Part shown: positions 17,603 to 27,272 of the stretch, piece by piece | How positions within the stretch are numbered: position 1 is the first letter of the stretch | Layout: every line of letters begins with the position of its first letter | Notes under the pieces: model-generated | What the model was told of the DNA's origin: nothing | Seen by the model: the letters and a program-made list of their open reading frames with translations, nothing else | The model's database searches: none | Translations under genes and position numbers: made by a program | Source: Verrucomicrobiia bacterium | GTDB taxonomy: Bacteria; Verrucomicrobiota; Verrucomicrobiia; Limisphaerales; UBA8199 | Assembly: GCA_035946615.1 (NCBI GenBank) | Contig: DASYZB010000073.1 | Location: 459-64,458 of the forward strand | Length of the DNA: 64,000 nucleotides | Reading direction: 5' to 3'

Positions 17603-18412
17603 GTGGTTTTGGATTTCACCAAGATGAACGGGGCAGGCAACGATTTTTTATTGATTGACAACCGCGCCCAGGGAATCCGCCTGACTCGACCCGAGATCGT
17701 GCGTTTGTGCGACCGGCATCGGGGTGTCGGGGCGGACGGGATTATCCTTCTCATCCCCGCCCGGACCTCGCAGGCGGATTGGGCTTGGGAGTTCTTTAAC
17801 AGCGACGGGAGCATCGGAGAGATGTGCGGCAACGGGGCGCGATGTTTCGCCCGGTTCGTCCAGCGCCGGGTCGGCTGGGACCGCGATCTAACATTCGAGA
17901 CCGGGGCGGGGCTGATCAGGGCGCATTTCCAGGGCGAGCGCATTCAAGTGACGCTGACGGCCCCCGGCGAAATGCGCCTGAACGAACAACTCCCCTTGGC
18001 CGCCGGGCCGCTGGAAGTCCATTCCCTCAACACCGGGGTTCCACATGCCGTCCTGTTTGTGCCGGATGCGGATAAGGCCATGGTCCAGCAATTAGGTCCC
18101 GAGATTCGCCGCCATCCTCGCTTCGCCCCCAAAGGCACCAACGTCAATTTTGTTCAGGTGCTTGGCCCCGGGCAAATTCGCGTAAGGACATTCGAGCGGG
18201 GCGTGGAAGGCGAAACGCTGGCGTGCGGGACGGGAGTGACCGCCTCAGCCCTGGTGGCGGCGCGCGTGCATCGATTTGGTTCCCCTGTTCAGGTGCGCGT
18301 TGAAGGGGGCGACCTGCTCGAAGTGAGCTTCGGGGAGGAGGACGGCGGTTTTGAGCGGGTCTGTTTGACGGGCCCGGCTGAATTTGTCTTTGAGGGCCGA
18401 ATCGAACTGTAA
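17603..18412 (+). CDS. dapF: diaminopimelate epimerase
   Basis: FTKMNGAGNDFLLID, both catalytic Cys motifs (EMCGNGARCF and LACGTGVTASAL). The start is uncertain: GTG 17603, TTG 17567 or ATG 17624. Confidence 0.92.
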   Translation: MVLDFTKMNGAGNDFLLIDNRAQGIRLTRPEIVRLCDRHRGVGADGIILLIPARTSQADWAWEFFNSDGSIGEMCGNGARCFARFVQRRVGWDRDLTFETGAGLIRAHFQGERIQVTLTAPGEMRLNEQLPLAAGPLEVHSLNTGVPHAVLFVPDADKAMVQQLGPEIRRHPRFAPKGTNVNFVQVLGPGQIRVRTFERGVEGETLACGTGVTASALVAARVHRFGSPVQVRVEGGDLLEVSFGEEDGGFERVCLTGPAEFVFEGRIEL

Positions 18413-18421
18413 AGCAAGCCT

Positions 18422-19300
18422 ATGTTCACCGGAACTTACACTGCCATTGTGACGCCATTCAAAGGCGGCCAAATCGACCAAGCCGCTCTCGAACGGCTGG
18501 TTAGAAAGCAAATCGCGGGAGGCGTCGATGGCATCGTGCCCGTAGGGACCACTGGCGAATCGCCAACGGTCAATTACGACGAGCATATCCAGATCATCGC
18601 TCTTTGTGTTGAATTTGCCGCCCGGCGTATCAAGGTGCTTGCAGGCACAGGCGGCAACTCGACCAGTGAAGCCGTCTATCTGACTGAGCGCGCGGAAGCC
18701 GCCGGCGCGGATGGGTCGCTGCAGGTCGCCCCGTATTACAACAAGCCAACCCAGGAAGGCCTCTTCCAACATTTCCGTGAGGTGGCCCGCAAGACGAAGC
18801 TTCCGATAGTTTTGTACAGCATCCCCAGCCGCTGCGGCATCGAGATAGCGGTCGAGACCGTTAAACGACTGACAAAAGAATGCCAGAACATCGTAGGCAT
18901 CAAAGAGGCCGGCGGCAACCCGGACCGGGTGAGCCAATTGCGGGCGGCGGTGGGCTCGCGCTTCGAAATCATGAGCGGGGACGACGCCCTGACACTTTCG
19001 TTTATGGCGGTGGGCGCCCAAGGGGTCATCAGCGTTGCCTCGAACATTATCCCGCGCCAAATCGCGCGGATGGTGCAGGCCTTTGCCGGCGGCAATTCCG
19101 CCGCGGCAATGAAGTTACACCGGGAATTTTATCCGCTCTTCAAGGATTTATTCATTGAAACCAACCCCGTGCCGATCAAAGCGGCTTTGGCCATGATGGG
19201 CCAAATCCACGAGGAATACCGATTGCCGCTGGTGCCCATGAATGCAAAGAATCGCGAAGCGCTTCGCAAGACAATGAAGGTCTGCGGCCTTTTGAAATGA
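18422..19300 (+). CDS. dapA: 4-hydroxy-tetrahydrodipicolinate synthase
   Basis: GTYTAIVTPF, GIVPVGTTGESPT, YNKPTQEGL, IVGIKEAGG (the K in IKEA is taken as the Schiff-base Lys). Confidence 0.95.
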   Translation: MFTGTYTAIVTPFKGGQIDQAALERLVRKQIAGGVDGIVPVGTTGESPTVNYDEHIQIIALCVEFAARRIKVLAGTGGNSTSEAVYLTERAEAAGADGSLQVAPYYNKPTQEGLFQHFREVARKTKLPIVLYSIPSRCGIEIAVETVKRLTKECQNIVGIKEAGGNPDRVSQLRAAVGSRFEIMSGDDALTLSFMAVGAQGVISVASNIIPRQIARMVQAFAGGNSAAAMKLHREFYPLFKDLFIETNPVPIKAALAMMGQIHEEYRLPLVPMNAKNREALRKTMKVCGLLK

Positions 19301-19360
19301 GAATGGGAACCGGTCTCGACCCGCATGCGCCCTGAGACGCCAATTCACCCAATTTAAACC

Positions 19361-20095
19361 ATGACACGACTCATCATCACCGGGTCCAAAGGCCGGATGG
19401 GCCGCGCGCTGGCGGCCTGCGCCGCCCACCAACCGGAGCTGCAAATCACGGGCCAAATTGATCAAGGCGACGACCTCACGGCCGTGATTGCTCAGGGCGA
19501 AGTGGTCATCGATTTCAGTTCACACAGCGCCACTGCAGGGATTGCATCGCTTTGCGCGGAGCACGGCAAAGCGATGGTCATCGGGACCACCGGCCATTCT
19601 CAGGAAGACCGTTCTCAGATCACCGCCTTCAGCAGCCGCATTCCCATCGTGCTTTCGTCGAATTTCTCGACGGGTGTCAATACCCTGTTCTGGTTGACGC
19701 GCAAGGCCGCGGAGGTCCTCGGGCCTGAGTTCGACTTGGAAATTGTCGAGATGCATCACCGCCTTAAACGCGACGCACCCAGCGGGACGGCCAAAACGCT
19801 GGCCGAAATTCTCGCCGCAGTGCGGCGGCAGCAGCTCGAACAGTCCGTCCGTTACGGGCGCTCGGGCATCGTCGGAGAACGAACGGCAACCGAAATCGGC
19901 ATCCATTCGGTGCGCGGCGGCGATGTCGTCGGCGACCACACGATAATTTTTGCCGGGGTAGGCGAGCGGGTCGAGTTGACGCATAGGGCCTCGAGCCGGG
20001 AGATTTTGGCCAAAGGCGCCTTGCGTGCGGCGCATTGGGTTGTCAAACAGCGCCCCGGCCTCTATGACATGCAGGATGTGCTCGGGCTCAAATGA
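19361..20095 (+). CDS. dapB: 4-hydroxy-tetrahydrodipicolinate reductase
   Basis: ITGSKGRMGRAL NAD(P)-binding N-terminus, EIVEMHHRLKRDAPSGTA signature. Confidence 0.95.
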   Translation: MTRLIITGSKGRMGRALAACAAHQPELQITGQIDQGDDLTAVIAQGEVVIDFSSHSATAGIASLCAEHGKAMVIGTTGHSQEDRSQITAFSSRIPIVLSSNFSTGVNTLFWLTRKAAEVLGPEFDLEIVEMHHRLKRDAPSGTAKTLAEILAAVRRQQLEQSVRYGRSGIVGERTATEIGIHSVRGGDVVGDHTIIFAGVGERVELTHRASSREILAKGALRAAHWVVKQRPGLYDMQDVLGLK

Positions 20096-20606
20096 ACCGA
20101 ATCCAGCCGATGCCACGTGGGCTTTCATAGCGATTGGCTCGAACCTGGGTAATCCCCGGCAAAACGTTTTCGAAGCCATCGAGAGACTAAAGCAGTTTTC
20201 CGCCGGTGCGTTGCTGTTGTCTTCGCTGTGGGAAACCACGCCGGTGGACTGTCCACCCGGCTCTCCTCCATTCATCAATGCCGTCGTGGGTCTGCAACCG
20301 CTGCCACGAGAAAATCCAGAGAGCCTGCTGGCCCGCTTGCAAAAACTGGAACGGCAATTCGGTCGGCGCAGGCACCTGCCCAACGCGCCGCGGTCGCTGG
20401 ACCTGGACCTCATCGCTTTTGGAAAGGAAACCCGCGCGACAGAACAATTGAACCTGCCACACCCACGCGCCGTCCAGCGCCGGTTCGTCCTGCAACCGTT
20501 GAGCGAGATTGCCCACCGCCTGGTTCTGCCCGGCCAAAGCAAAACCGTGGCGCAATTGCTGGCTGCCTTGCCCCCTGACCCGCGCATGCGTCTTGCGCCA
20601 GGCTGA
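20076..20606 (+). CDS. folK: 2-amino-4-hydroxy-6-hydroxymethyldihydropteridine diphosphokinase
   Basis: AFIAIGSNLGN, PRSLDLDLI, LPHPRAVQRRFVLQPL. The likely ATG at 20076 (or 20064) overlaps the dapB 3' end. Confidence 0.9.
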   Translation: MCSGSNEPNPADATWAFIAIGSNLGNPRQNVFEAIERLKQFSAGALLLSSLWETTPVDCPPGSPPFINAVVGLQPLPRENPESLLARLQKLERQFGRRRHLPNAPRSLDLDLIAFGKETRATEQLNLPHPRAVQRRFVLQPLSEIAHRLVLPGQSKTVAQLLAALPPDPRMRLAPG

Positions 20607-20801
20607 AGATCTTTTTGCGGATTGGAAAAAATCTAACAACAAGCAGCGCCTTGTTCACCGACGAATCTTCGTATTGAAGCCGTTTCCCGAAGGAAACCGC
20701 GTTTGTTTGCCTTTCAGCAGCTTCGGCACGTTCATTGCTCAGCCCGCAAGCAGCCCCGGTGCGAACCGGAGGCAACAGCCAATAATTTTTTTGCCGAAAC
20801 T

Positions 20802-21194
20802 ATGATCAAGAGTACGAAGAAAGCGAAAATTGCGATATTTAAGCCAGAACCGGCGGTTCCTATTCAGTCCAAGCCGGAGCCTGCAAGAGCGGAGCCCGTG
20901 AAGATGGCGCCGGTGAAATCCGAAATGCCCAAGCCAGAGCGAATTTCGATTGAATTCGTGCGGCCAGGCGCAAAGCGGGTCTATGTGGCCGGCTCGTTTA
21001 ATGGCTGGAAACCGGAGGACACCCCGCTCACCGCGGTTGGAAACGGCCTATGGGTGGGCAACCTCAATGTCAAACCGGGCCGCCATGAATACCTTTTCGT
21101 GGTCGATGGCCAATGGTTGCCCGATCCCAACGCCAAGGAGCGTGTTCAGAATCCGTTTGGGGGCGTGAATTCTGTTCTGACGGTCCAACAGTAA
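20802..21194 (+). CDS. small CBM48 / AMPK-beta-like glycogen-binding domain protein
   Basis: VYVAGSFNGWKPEDTPL..GLWVGNLNVKPGRHEYLFVVDGQWLPDPNA, preceded by a K/P/E-rich low-complexity N-terminus. ATG at 20802. Confidence 0.75.
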   Translation: MIKSTKKAKIAIFKPEPAVPIQSKPEPARAEPVKMAPVKSEMPKPERISIEFVRPGAKRVYVAGSFNGWKPEDTPLTAVGNGLWVGNLNVKPGRHEYLFVVDGQWLPDPNAKERVQNPFGGVNSVLTVQQ

Positions 21195-21213
21195 CACAGA
21201 AGGCTGGGGAGCT

Positions 21214-21247
21214 GCGGGTGGGGCGGTGCGCATACCGCCCCACCCGC
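21214..21247 (+). terminator. perfect 14-bp stem hairpin downstream of the CBM48 gene
   Basis: gcgggtggggcggt-gcgcat-accgccccacccgc. No clear T-tract follows (ttggg), so intrinsic-terminator function is uncertain. Confidence 0.4.
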
Positions 21248-21798
21248 TTGGGCAATGTAATCTCTATGGAGTGCGCCGGCAGAGCCGTCCTCGGGCTTAC
21301 TCCGTCCCCGACTTCACTGACCGATTACTCTTTCCTTGAAAGAACGGCTTGAAATGCGCGATTAACTATGGGAAATGATCGCAATGCCCCAAACGCGTCC
21401 GGAGCCGTTACCGACCCGGCTGGAATCATCAGTTTCATCAGTTGTTAATCGCCGCCATAAGGCGGCTCTTTCAGAAATCACTGCTTGATGGCGCATTGTT
21501 TCCTTAGACTTCATCCCCGAGGGATTGCCTGAGAATGGCCCAGCCCTGGGAGGACAGACGACAAGGGAGTGCGCCTGTTCTCGCGGCAGAGCGGAGCGAC
21601 GACGGCGATTTCCATTAGATGGGCGATGTGCGTGGGGCGATTCGACCAATCCAAGGCGGTCTCGCCCTACGCTTGCCAACGCTTGCCGCCGCACTCCGTC
21701 AGAAGGGGTCTTTCCGCGTTTCGCATACAACCCCCTGGGAGTCGGGAGTCATTCTCGCGATGTTGCTCCCGCTGACGGATGAGTGTTATCCTGGCCGT

Positions 21799-22035
21799 AT
21801 GAATGGAATAACCCTCAAGCTCGACTTGGTGCAAATGCGCTGGTTGACGGGCCAGGCCAAAGCACGGGGCCGATCCAAGGGGGCGATTTTGCGCGAACTG
21901 ATCGAAGAACGAAGGACGGCAAATGGCGCACGGTCTCTTCACGAACGGATGAAGGACCTTTGCGGAAGCCTGGAAGGTTCCCCAACCTTTCCACCCGCAG
22001 CCTCAAAGGTCATGGCCGCCATTAAGGTGAGTTGA
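21799..22035 (+). CDS. ribbon-helix-helix (CopG/VapB-like) antitoxin
   Basis: MNGITLKLDLVQMRWLTGQAKARGRSKGAILRELIEERR fits an RHH beta-strand plus two helices. It lies immediately upstream of a PIN remnant. Confidence 0.6.
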   Translation: MNGITLKLDLVQMRWLTGQAKARGRSKGAILRELIEERRTANGARSLHERMKDLCGSLEGSPTFPPAASKVMAAIKVS

Positions 22036-22127
22036 ACAGCGATTCCCTTATCTTCACCACAGACACTGATTTTCAGGTCTATCGGCGTCATGGCCGAGGG
22101 GTAATCCCGCTTCTGGCGCCGTTCTAA
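22032..22127 (+). pseudogene. C-terminal remnant of a PIN-domain (VapC) toxin
   Basis: A 31-codon frame reads LNSDSLIFTTDTDFQVYRRHGRGVIPLLAPF then stop. It resembles the conserved C-terminal end of VapC (T.D.DF..Y), but the ~100 N-terminal residues are absent. Confidence 0.5.
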
Positions 22128-22135
22128 CTGAGCTT

Positions 22136-22984
22136 ATGTCGAAGATTTTGACCCTCGGACATTCACCCGACCCGGATGACGCATTCATGTTTTATGCATT
22201 GGCGCATTCCTTGATTCCCACCGAATCGTTCAGATTCGAGCACGTCTTGCAGGACATCCAAACACTGAATGAACGGGCCACTCGCGGCGAATTAGATATC
22301 ACCGCCATCAGCATCCATGCCTATGCCTACGTCAGCGGCGCCTATGCCTTGCTGCCCACCGGCGCCAGCATGGGCGACGGTTACGGTCCAATGCTGGTTG
22401 CAAAACGGAAGCTGTCCAAAGCGGAGGTTGAAAAGGCGACCATCGCGGTGCCCGGCGCCATGACCAGTGCCTTTCTGGCGCTCCAGCTTTGGCTGAATAA
22501 ACCCGCCAAAGAATTCAAATTCATCGTCGTCCCGTTTGACAGGGTTTTTGATTCCGTCCACTCCGGCGCGGCGGAGGTGGGCTTGATCATTCACGAAGGA
22601 CAACTGACTTACCAGAAAGAAGGGTTGCAGGTGTGCCAGGACCTCGGGGCCTGGTGGGCGCAAGCCAACGACGGGCTGCCATTGCCCCTGGGCGGCAATG
22701 TGATTCACAAGCGCTTTTCACCGCAGGAGCGCAAAAGCATTTCTGATATACTGACCGCGAGCATCCGTTACGGCCTGGAGCATCGGGCCGAGGCGGTGCA
22801 ACATGCCTTGCAATATGCCCGCAACATGGGAGGCGACCTGGCGGACAAGTTTGTCGGGATGTACGTGAATCATTGGACATTGGATTACGGAGAGAGAGGC
22901 CGGCAGGCCATCCAGCGATTTCTGGACCAGGCCCATGACCACGGCCTGATTCCCCATCAACAGCAACTCGAGTTTGTGACATAA
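22136..22984 (+). CDS. MqnA/MqnD family protein, probably 1,4-dihydroxy-6-naphthoate synthase (futalosine pathway)
   Basis: N-terminal LTLGHSPDPDDAFMFYAL resembles the MqnD SPCPNDTF.FYAL motif. The size (282 aa) fits. Confidence 0.65.
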   Translation: MSKILTLGHSPDPDDAFMFYALAHSLIPTESFRFEHVLQDIQTLNERATRGELDITAISIHAYAYVSGAYALLPTGASMGDGYGPMLVAKRKLSKAEVEKATIAVPGAMTSAFLALQLWLNKPAKEFKFIVVPFDRVFDSVHSGAAEVGLIIHEGQLTYQKEGLQVCQDLGAWWAQANDGLPLPLGGNVIHKRFSPQERKSISDILTASIRYGLEHRAEAVQHALQYARNMGGDLADKFVGMYVNHWTLDYGERGRQAIQRFLDQAHDHGLIPHQQQLEFVT

Positions 22985-23017
22985 AGGCATGCCAGCGCAC
23001 GCCACACGCCAGGCGCG

Positions 23018-24067
23018 CTATTCGTCCTTTTGAAGCCTGGGGCCGAGGCCGAACTTCCTGGCAAGGGCTAGTGAGCTGTCCAAGGATTTGACCCCGGCCG
23101 TGCAGGTCGCGTCTGAGAGCGAGGCCGAAGCAATGCACACTCCAGTCAGCAGGCAGCGCCCCAGGTCCCATTCCTGGTGCAATCCCAGCAATACACCCGC
23201 GCAAAAGGCGTCTCCCGCCCCGGCGGTGCCGGCGATATAATCTGGCGGGAGCTTGAGCGAACGTTGCCAGTAATCCTCGCCCCTGCGGGCGCGGGCAAAC
23301 GCCCCTTCGGGAAAATGAATGACCACGAGTTCGCGCACGCCCTGTTGCAGCAAAGCCCCGGCCGCATGCCTCAACGCCACCGTATCCAGCGCCCCGTCCG
23401 GGCTGCGCATTTTGAAGCCGGTAGTTTTGCCCGCCTCGATTTCGTTGAGAATGCAATAATCGACGTGCTTGAGAGCGGGGTTGACGATTTTTGGAAAGCG
23501 GTCGCTGTCCTCGCTGACAACATCGACGCTGGTCTTGACGCCGGCAGCCTGAGCAGCGGCCAGGAGCCGGGCGGCTTTGGTGCCGTATGTGGCGTCGGGC
23601 TGGTCCAACGCATCGAGCAACAGGAGGTAGCCCAAATGAAAAATCCGAGGGCGAATCCTGTCGAAATCCAGGTCTGCGCCTTTCCATAAGGCATTGGCGC
23701 CGCGGGCATGGAAGAAGGTGCGGCGGCCATGACCCTGCTCGGTCATGACATCGGTGTAGGAAGTGGGGGCTTTGGGAGTTGCTCCGAGGTGGCGCACATC
23801 AATTTTGTTTTGGCGGCAATCATCCAGGATGCGCTGGCCCAAGGCATCTTTGCCTACCAGCCCGGCGGCCCAGAGTGGAAAGGGCGCGCGGGAACGCGCC
23901 AGGTCCATCAGCACGTTATAGGCAGCCCCACCGGTGCCTTCGGATTGACTGCGAATATTGCTCAGTTGCTCGGGTTGCGGATAGACATCGATCAACTTGA
24001 CTTGGTCGATGATCCAGTTGCCCCCGGCTAATAAACCGCTCCGGGCATTTGCGCTTTTGAGTTTCAT
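23018..24067 (-). CDS. PfkB-family carbohydrate/nucleoside kinase
   Basis: GGAAYNV near the N-terminus and the C-terminal GTAGAGDAFCAGVLLGL signature. ATG at 24067 chosen over the ORF opening at 24130. Confidence 0.85.
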   Translation of the reverse strand: MKLKSANARSGLLAGGNWIIDQVKLIDVYPQPEQLSNIRSQSEGTGGAAYNVLMDLARSRAPFPLWAAGLVGKDALGQRILDDCRQNKIDVRHLGATPKAPTSYTDVMTEQGHGRRTFFHARGANALWKGADLDFDRIRPRIFHLGYLLLLDALDQPDATYGTKAARLLAAAQAAGVKTSVDVVSEDSDRFPKIVNPALKHVDYCILNEIEAGKTTGFKMRSPDGALDTVALRHAAGALLQQGVRELVVIHFPEGAFARARRGEDYWQRSLKLPPDYIAGTAGAGDAFCAGVLLGLHQEWDLGRCLLTGVCIASASLSDATCTAGVKSLDSSLALARKFGLGPRLQKDE

Positions 24068-24273
24068 GATGGACCGCGCAGAACGATGGCTTGCGCGCCG
24101 CGCCAAAAGTAATTGCGCCGCAGTCCGCAAAGGCTGCAGGCCGCGCCCGCGCGCGGAGAGACTTTGTGGCCTTCTCCATAGTGAAAAAGAACACCAAGCC
24201 TCCTGGCAAGCCTATTCTCTCGCAGTAAAAGAATTTCTTTCCAATCGGGAGGGGTTCAGTTAAAGATTTTTCA

Positions 24274-26049
24274 ATGCCTGAGCCGTTGCCAAAGGGAGAA
24301 CAGGTCTTCCGGGGAATTCCTGTTTCGGGCGGCGTGTGCCGTGGAAAAATTCTCGTGCTGCGTCGAGACCGGCCCGCCATCGCGCGGCGGACGCTGCCGG
24401 ATGCGCAGTTACCCGACGAGATCAACCGGCTCGAACGGGCGCTGGTCCAGACCCGCCATCAACTGCTCGAGGTCCAGCGCCGCGTCAGTGAAGCCATGGG
24501 CGCCGAGGAGGGGAGCATCTTCGACGCGCATTTGCTCGTGCTGGAAGACCGCACCCTGCTCGACGAAATCGTGCGAGTCATCCAGGAAGAAAAGGTCAAC
24601 GCCGAGTTTGCTTTTCATACCGTCGCTGAGCGCTACGCGGCAACGCTGGCCGCTATCGAGGACGATTACCTCCGCGAGCGCGCGACCGATATGCGCGACG
24701 TCAGCTCGCGGGTGTTGAACAACCTGCTCGGTCTCGAAGAGGAACTCGGCCTGCGCCATCTCAAAGAACCGTGCGTCATTATCAGCCATGATCTGACTCC
24801 CTCCAATACCGCTCAATTGGACAAGCGCAATGTCCTGGGCTTCGCCACTGATGTCGGCAGCAAAACCTCCCACACCGCTATCATGGCCCGCTCGTTGCGC
24901 ATCCCGGCGGTCGTCGGCCTCAAGGATGCCAGCAACCGGTTGGAGACGGGCCAATACGCCTTGCTGGATGGCTTCAACGGCCTCATCATCGTCAATCCCA
25001 CCGACCAGAGCCTCTTCGAATACGGCCAACTGCTCCGCAAGCAAGTCAGCCTTCAGGAGAAACTCAGGGACATCCTCCTCAAGCCCGCCGTTACACTCGA
25101 CGGTCACCGGGTTTTTCTCTCGGCGAATATCGAGAACCCCGGCGACGCCGAAGCTGTCAAGGCCAACGGCGCCGAAGGGGTTGGCCTGTTTCGCACCGAG
25201 TATCTCTTCATTAATCGCGAACTGCCCCCGACCGAAGAGCAGCAATTTCAGGCCTATTCTGAGGCCGCATCCGCCCTCAAGCCGTTGCCGGTCGTTATCC
25301 GCACGCTCGACCTGGGCGGGGATAAGTTGATGGCCCACATGCCCCTGCCGCGCGAGCTCAATCCCTTTCTGGGCTGGCGCGCTATCCGCTTTTGCCTCGA
25401 GGAGAAGGATATCTTTCGCGAACAGCTTCGGGCCATCCTCCGGGCCAGCGCCCTCGGCAATCTCAAGATGATGTATCCGATGATCTCGGGTTTGGAAGAG
25501 CTAAACCAGGCCAATGCGCTGGTCGAAGAGTGCAAAGCCCAATTGCGCAAGGAGAATATCCCCTTTGACGAACATCTCGAGGTGGGGGCTATGATCGAGA
25601 CGCCATCGGCTGTGGTGGTGGCCGAGTCGCTCGCCAAACGTCTTAAGTTTTTCAGCATCGGCACCAATGACCTCATTCAATATTCACTGGCAGTGGATCG
25701 GATGAATGAAAAAATCGCCCATCTCTACGAGCCGACCCATCCGGCCATCGTCCGGCTCATCAAAGCCACCGTCGATGCTGCCCACCACCACAAAATCTGG
25801 GTCAGTGTTTGCGGCGAGATGGCCAGTGACCCTGTCCTGGCCCCTCTGCTGCTGGGCCTGGGTGTCGATGAACTTAGCTCCGCCCCGGCCCTGGTCCCTC
25901 CGCTTAAATTTCTCATCCGCCGCCTCAAGCTCAGCGAGGCCAGGGAACTGGCCGCCTTTGCCCTGGAATGCGAGTTGGCAGGCGACATCCTGGCGCGCTG
26001 CCAGGAACTGGCCCGCCAGATTGCCCCCAGCTTATTCGAAAACAAGTAG
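24274..26049 (+). CDS. ptsI: phosphoenolpyruvate--protein phosphotransferase (PTS enzyme I)
   Basis: GSKTSHTAIMARSL (active-site His), LFRTEYLF, DLGGDK, SIGTNDLIQY, CGEMA. No N-terminal GAF domain, so ptsI rather than ptsP. Confidence 0.95.
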   Translation: MPEPLPKGEQVFRGIPVSGGVCRGKILVLRRDRPAIARRTLPDAQLPDEINRLERALVQTRHQLLEVQRRVSEAMGAEEGSIFDAHLLVLEDRTLLDEIVRVIQEEKVNAEFAFHTVAERYAATLAAIEDDYLRERATDMRDVSSRVLNNLLGLEEELGLRHLKEPCVIISHDLTPSNTAQLDKRNVLGFATDVGSKTSHTAIMARSLRIPAVVGLKDASNRLETGQYALLDGFNGLIIVNPTDQSLFEYGQLLRKQVSLQEKLRDILLKPAVTLDGHRVFLSANIENPGDAEAVKANGAEGVGLFRTEYLFINRELPPTEEQQFQAYSEAASALKPLPVVIRTLDLGGDKLMAHMPLPRELNPFLGWRAIRFCLEEKDIFREQLRAILRASALGNLKMMYPMISGLEELNQANALVEECKAQLRKENIPFDEHLEVGAMIETPSAVVVAESLAKRLKFFSIGTNDLIQYSLAVDRMNEKIAHLYEPTHPAIVRLIKATVDAAHHHKIWVSVCGEMASDPVLAPLLLGLGVDELSSAPALVPPLKFLIRRLKLSEARELAAFALECELAGDILARCQELARQIAPSLFENK

Positions 26050-26056
26050 CCCATAT

Positions 26057-26806
26057 ATGAAGGTTATTATCCTCGCAGCCGGTTATGCTACGCGGCTCTA
26101 TCCACTAACTCTCACCCGGCCCAAACCGCTCTTGCCCGTCGCCGGCAAGCCCATGGTCGAATACGTCCTGGATAATCTTGCTCCCATCGGTGGTCTGGAC
26201 CGCATCTACGTCGCCACCAATGCCAAATTCGCAAAACAGTTCGAAGAGTGGTCGCTCAGTTGCCATTCGAAGGCCCACCTCAGTTTTACTATCGTCAATG
26301 ACGGCTCGACCGATGATTCAAATAAGCTCGGGGCCATCGGGGACATCCATTTCGTGCTCGAGACTCAGAAGGTCGATGACGACCTCATTGTGGTCGCCGG
26401 CGATAACCTGTTTAGCGAAAAGCTCGAGGCATTCGGACGCTTCTGCCGCCAAAAAAACGCCCCCGTCGTCGCGGCTTACGATGTAAAGGACCTCGAGCAG
26501 GTTAAAAAGTACAGCGCACTCACCCTGGCCCCAGATGGCCGCATCACCTTCTTTGAGGAGAAGCCCAAAAACCCATCAAGCACCGTAACCGCAATCGCCC
26601 TCTACTTTTACCCGCGCGCGGCCCTGCCCCTGATTCGGCAGTATGTGGCTGAGGGCAATAATCCCGACCAGCCTGGCCGCCTGGTTCAGTGGCTTTACTC
26701 GCGCACACCGGTCTATACGTGGAACGTGCCTGGGATTTGGTTCGATATCGGGTCGAAGGAGACTCTGGAAGAAGCAAACCGGATTTTTGCCAAGGCGCGA
26801 TCTTGA
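26057..26806 (+). CDS. sugar-phosphate nucleotidyltransferase
   Basis: MKVIILAAGYATRLYPLTLTRPKPLLPVAGKPM (G-x-G-T-R-L type motif). The upstream part of the listed ORF (25706-26056) overlaps ptsI and is not coding. Confidence 0.85.
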   Translation: MKVIILAAGYATRLYPLTLTRPKPLLPVAGKPMVEYVLDNLAPIGGLDRIYVATNAKFAKQFEEWSLSCHSKAHLSFTIVNDGSTDDSNKLGAIGDIHFVLETQKVDDDLIVVAGDNLFSEKLEAFGRFCRQKNAPVVAAYDVKDLEQVKKYSALTLAPDGRITFFEEKPKNPSSTVTAIALYFYPRAALPLIRQYVAEGNNPDQPGRLVQWLYSRTPVYTWNVPGIWFDIGSKETLEEANRIFAKARS

Positions 26807-26888
26807 AACGAGCGCCGGAGAGTGTGAGGCGACAAGTGTTCAGACTGACACGCTCTGACGCTCCACGCCTCGGGCGCGTGTGCCAGCC

Positions 26889-27272
26889 CTAGCTCCCACG
26901 CTCCGTCCTGCCGCCGGCTTGTTGCCATCCGGAAATCCCGGCAGCAAAATGTTTCACGTTCTTATAACCGAGCTTTTCTGCTGCAGCGGCGGCGGATTTG
27001 TAGGCCTGGCATCGGGGCCCCGCGCAGTACGCCACCACCAGGGCATCTTTGTTCTTCGGCAATAGACTCGACAACTTCTCCTTATTGCCCACAAAATCAA
27101 TCGCCCCGGGGATGTGCCCCTCTTTCCATGAATCAGTCCCATTGGCATCCAAAAGCGTCACGCGACTCGATGCCATCGCCGATTTCAGTTCGGCCATTTT
27201 GATCTCCGGGTATTGCCCGGCGTAAACCGCAGCCGTCACCAACCACACCGCGCAAAGAATGAAAATCTTTTT
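26889..27272 (-). CDS. secreted rhodanese-domain sulfurtransferase
   Basis: Signal peptide MKKIFILCAVWLVTAAVYA. Rhodanese fold motifs GHIPGAI and active-site loop CAGPRC. Confidence 0.85.
   Translation of the reverse strand, partial: KKIFILCAVWLVTAAVYAGQYPEIKMAELKSAMASSRVTLLDANGTDSWKEGHIPGAIDFVGNKEKLSSLLPKNKDALVVAYCAGPRCQAYKSAAAAAEKLGYKNVKHFAAGISGWQQAGGRTERGS

Noticed and set aside
21250-21800. Looked for RNase P RNA, SRP RNA or 6S RNA in the gene-free stretch.
   Set aside because: None of the hallmark sequences I know are present on either strand (for example the GAGGAAAGTCCGGGC P4 strand of RNase P, or the SRP GGAAGCAGCC motif).
22587-23687. 366-aa minus-strand ORF spanning the end of the MqnD-like gene and part of the PfkB kinase gene.
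   Set aside because: Extremely Arg/Pro/Gly-rich. It is out of frame with the well-supported PfkB reading frame on the same strand and antisense to the MqnD-like gene.
24274-26049. Orphan PTS enzyme I with no HPr or EIIA gene nearby, considered as a possible anomaly.
   Set aside because: Incomplete, regulatory-type PTS sets with scattered genes are common. Nothing in the sequence itself is unusual.
25706-26056. N-terminal 117 codons of the listed 366-aa ORF preceding the nucleotidyltransferase.
   Set aside because: This part overlaps the 3' end of ptsI in another frame and is Ser/Pro/Trp-rich. The conserved MKVIILAAGYATRL N-terminus begins at ATG 26057.
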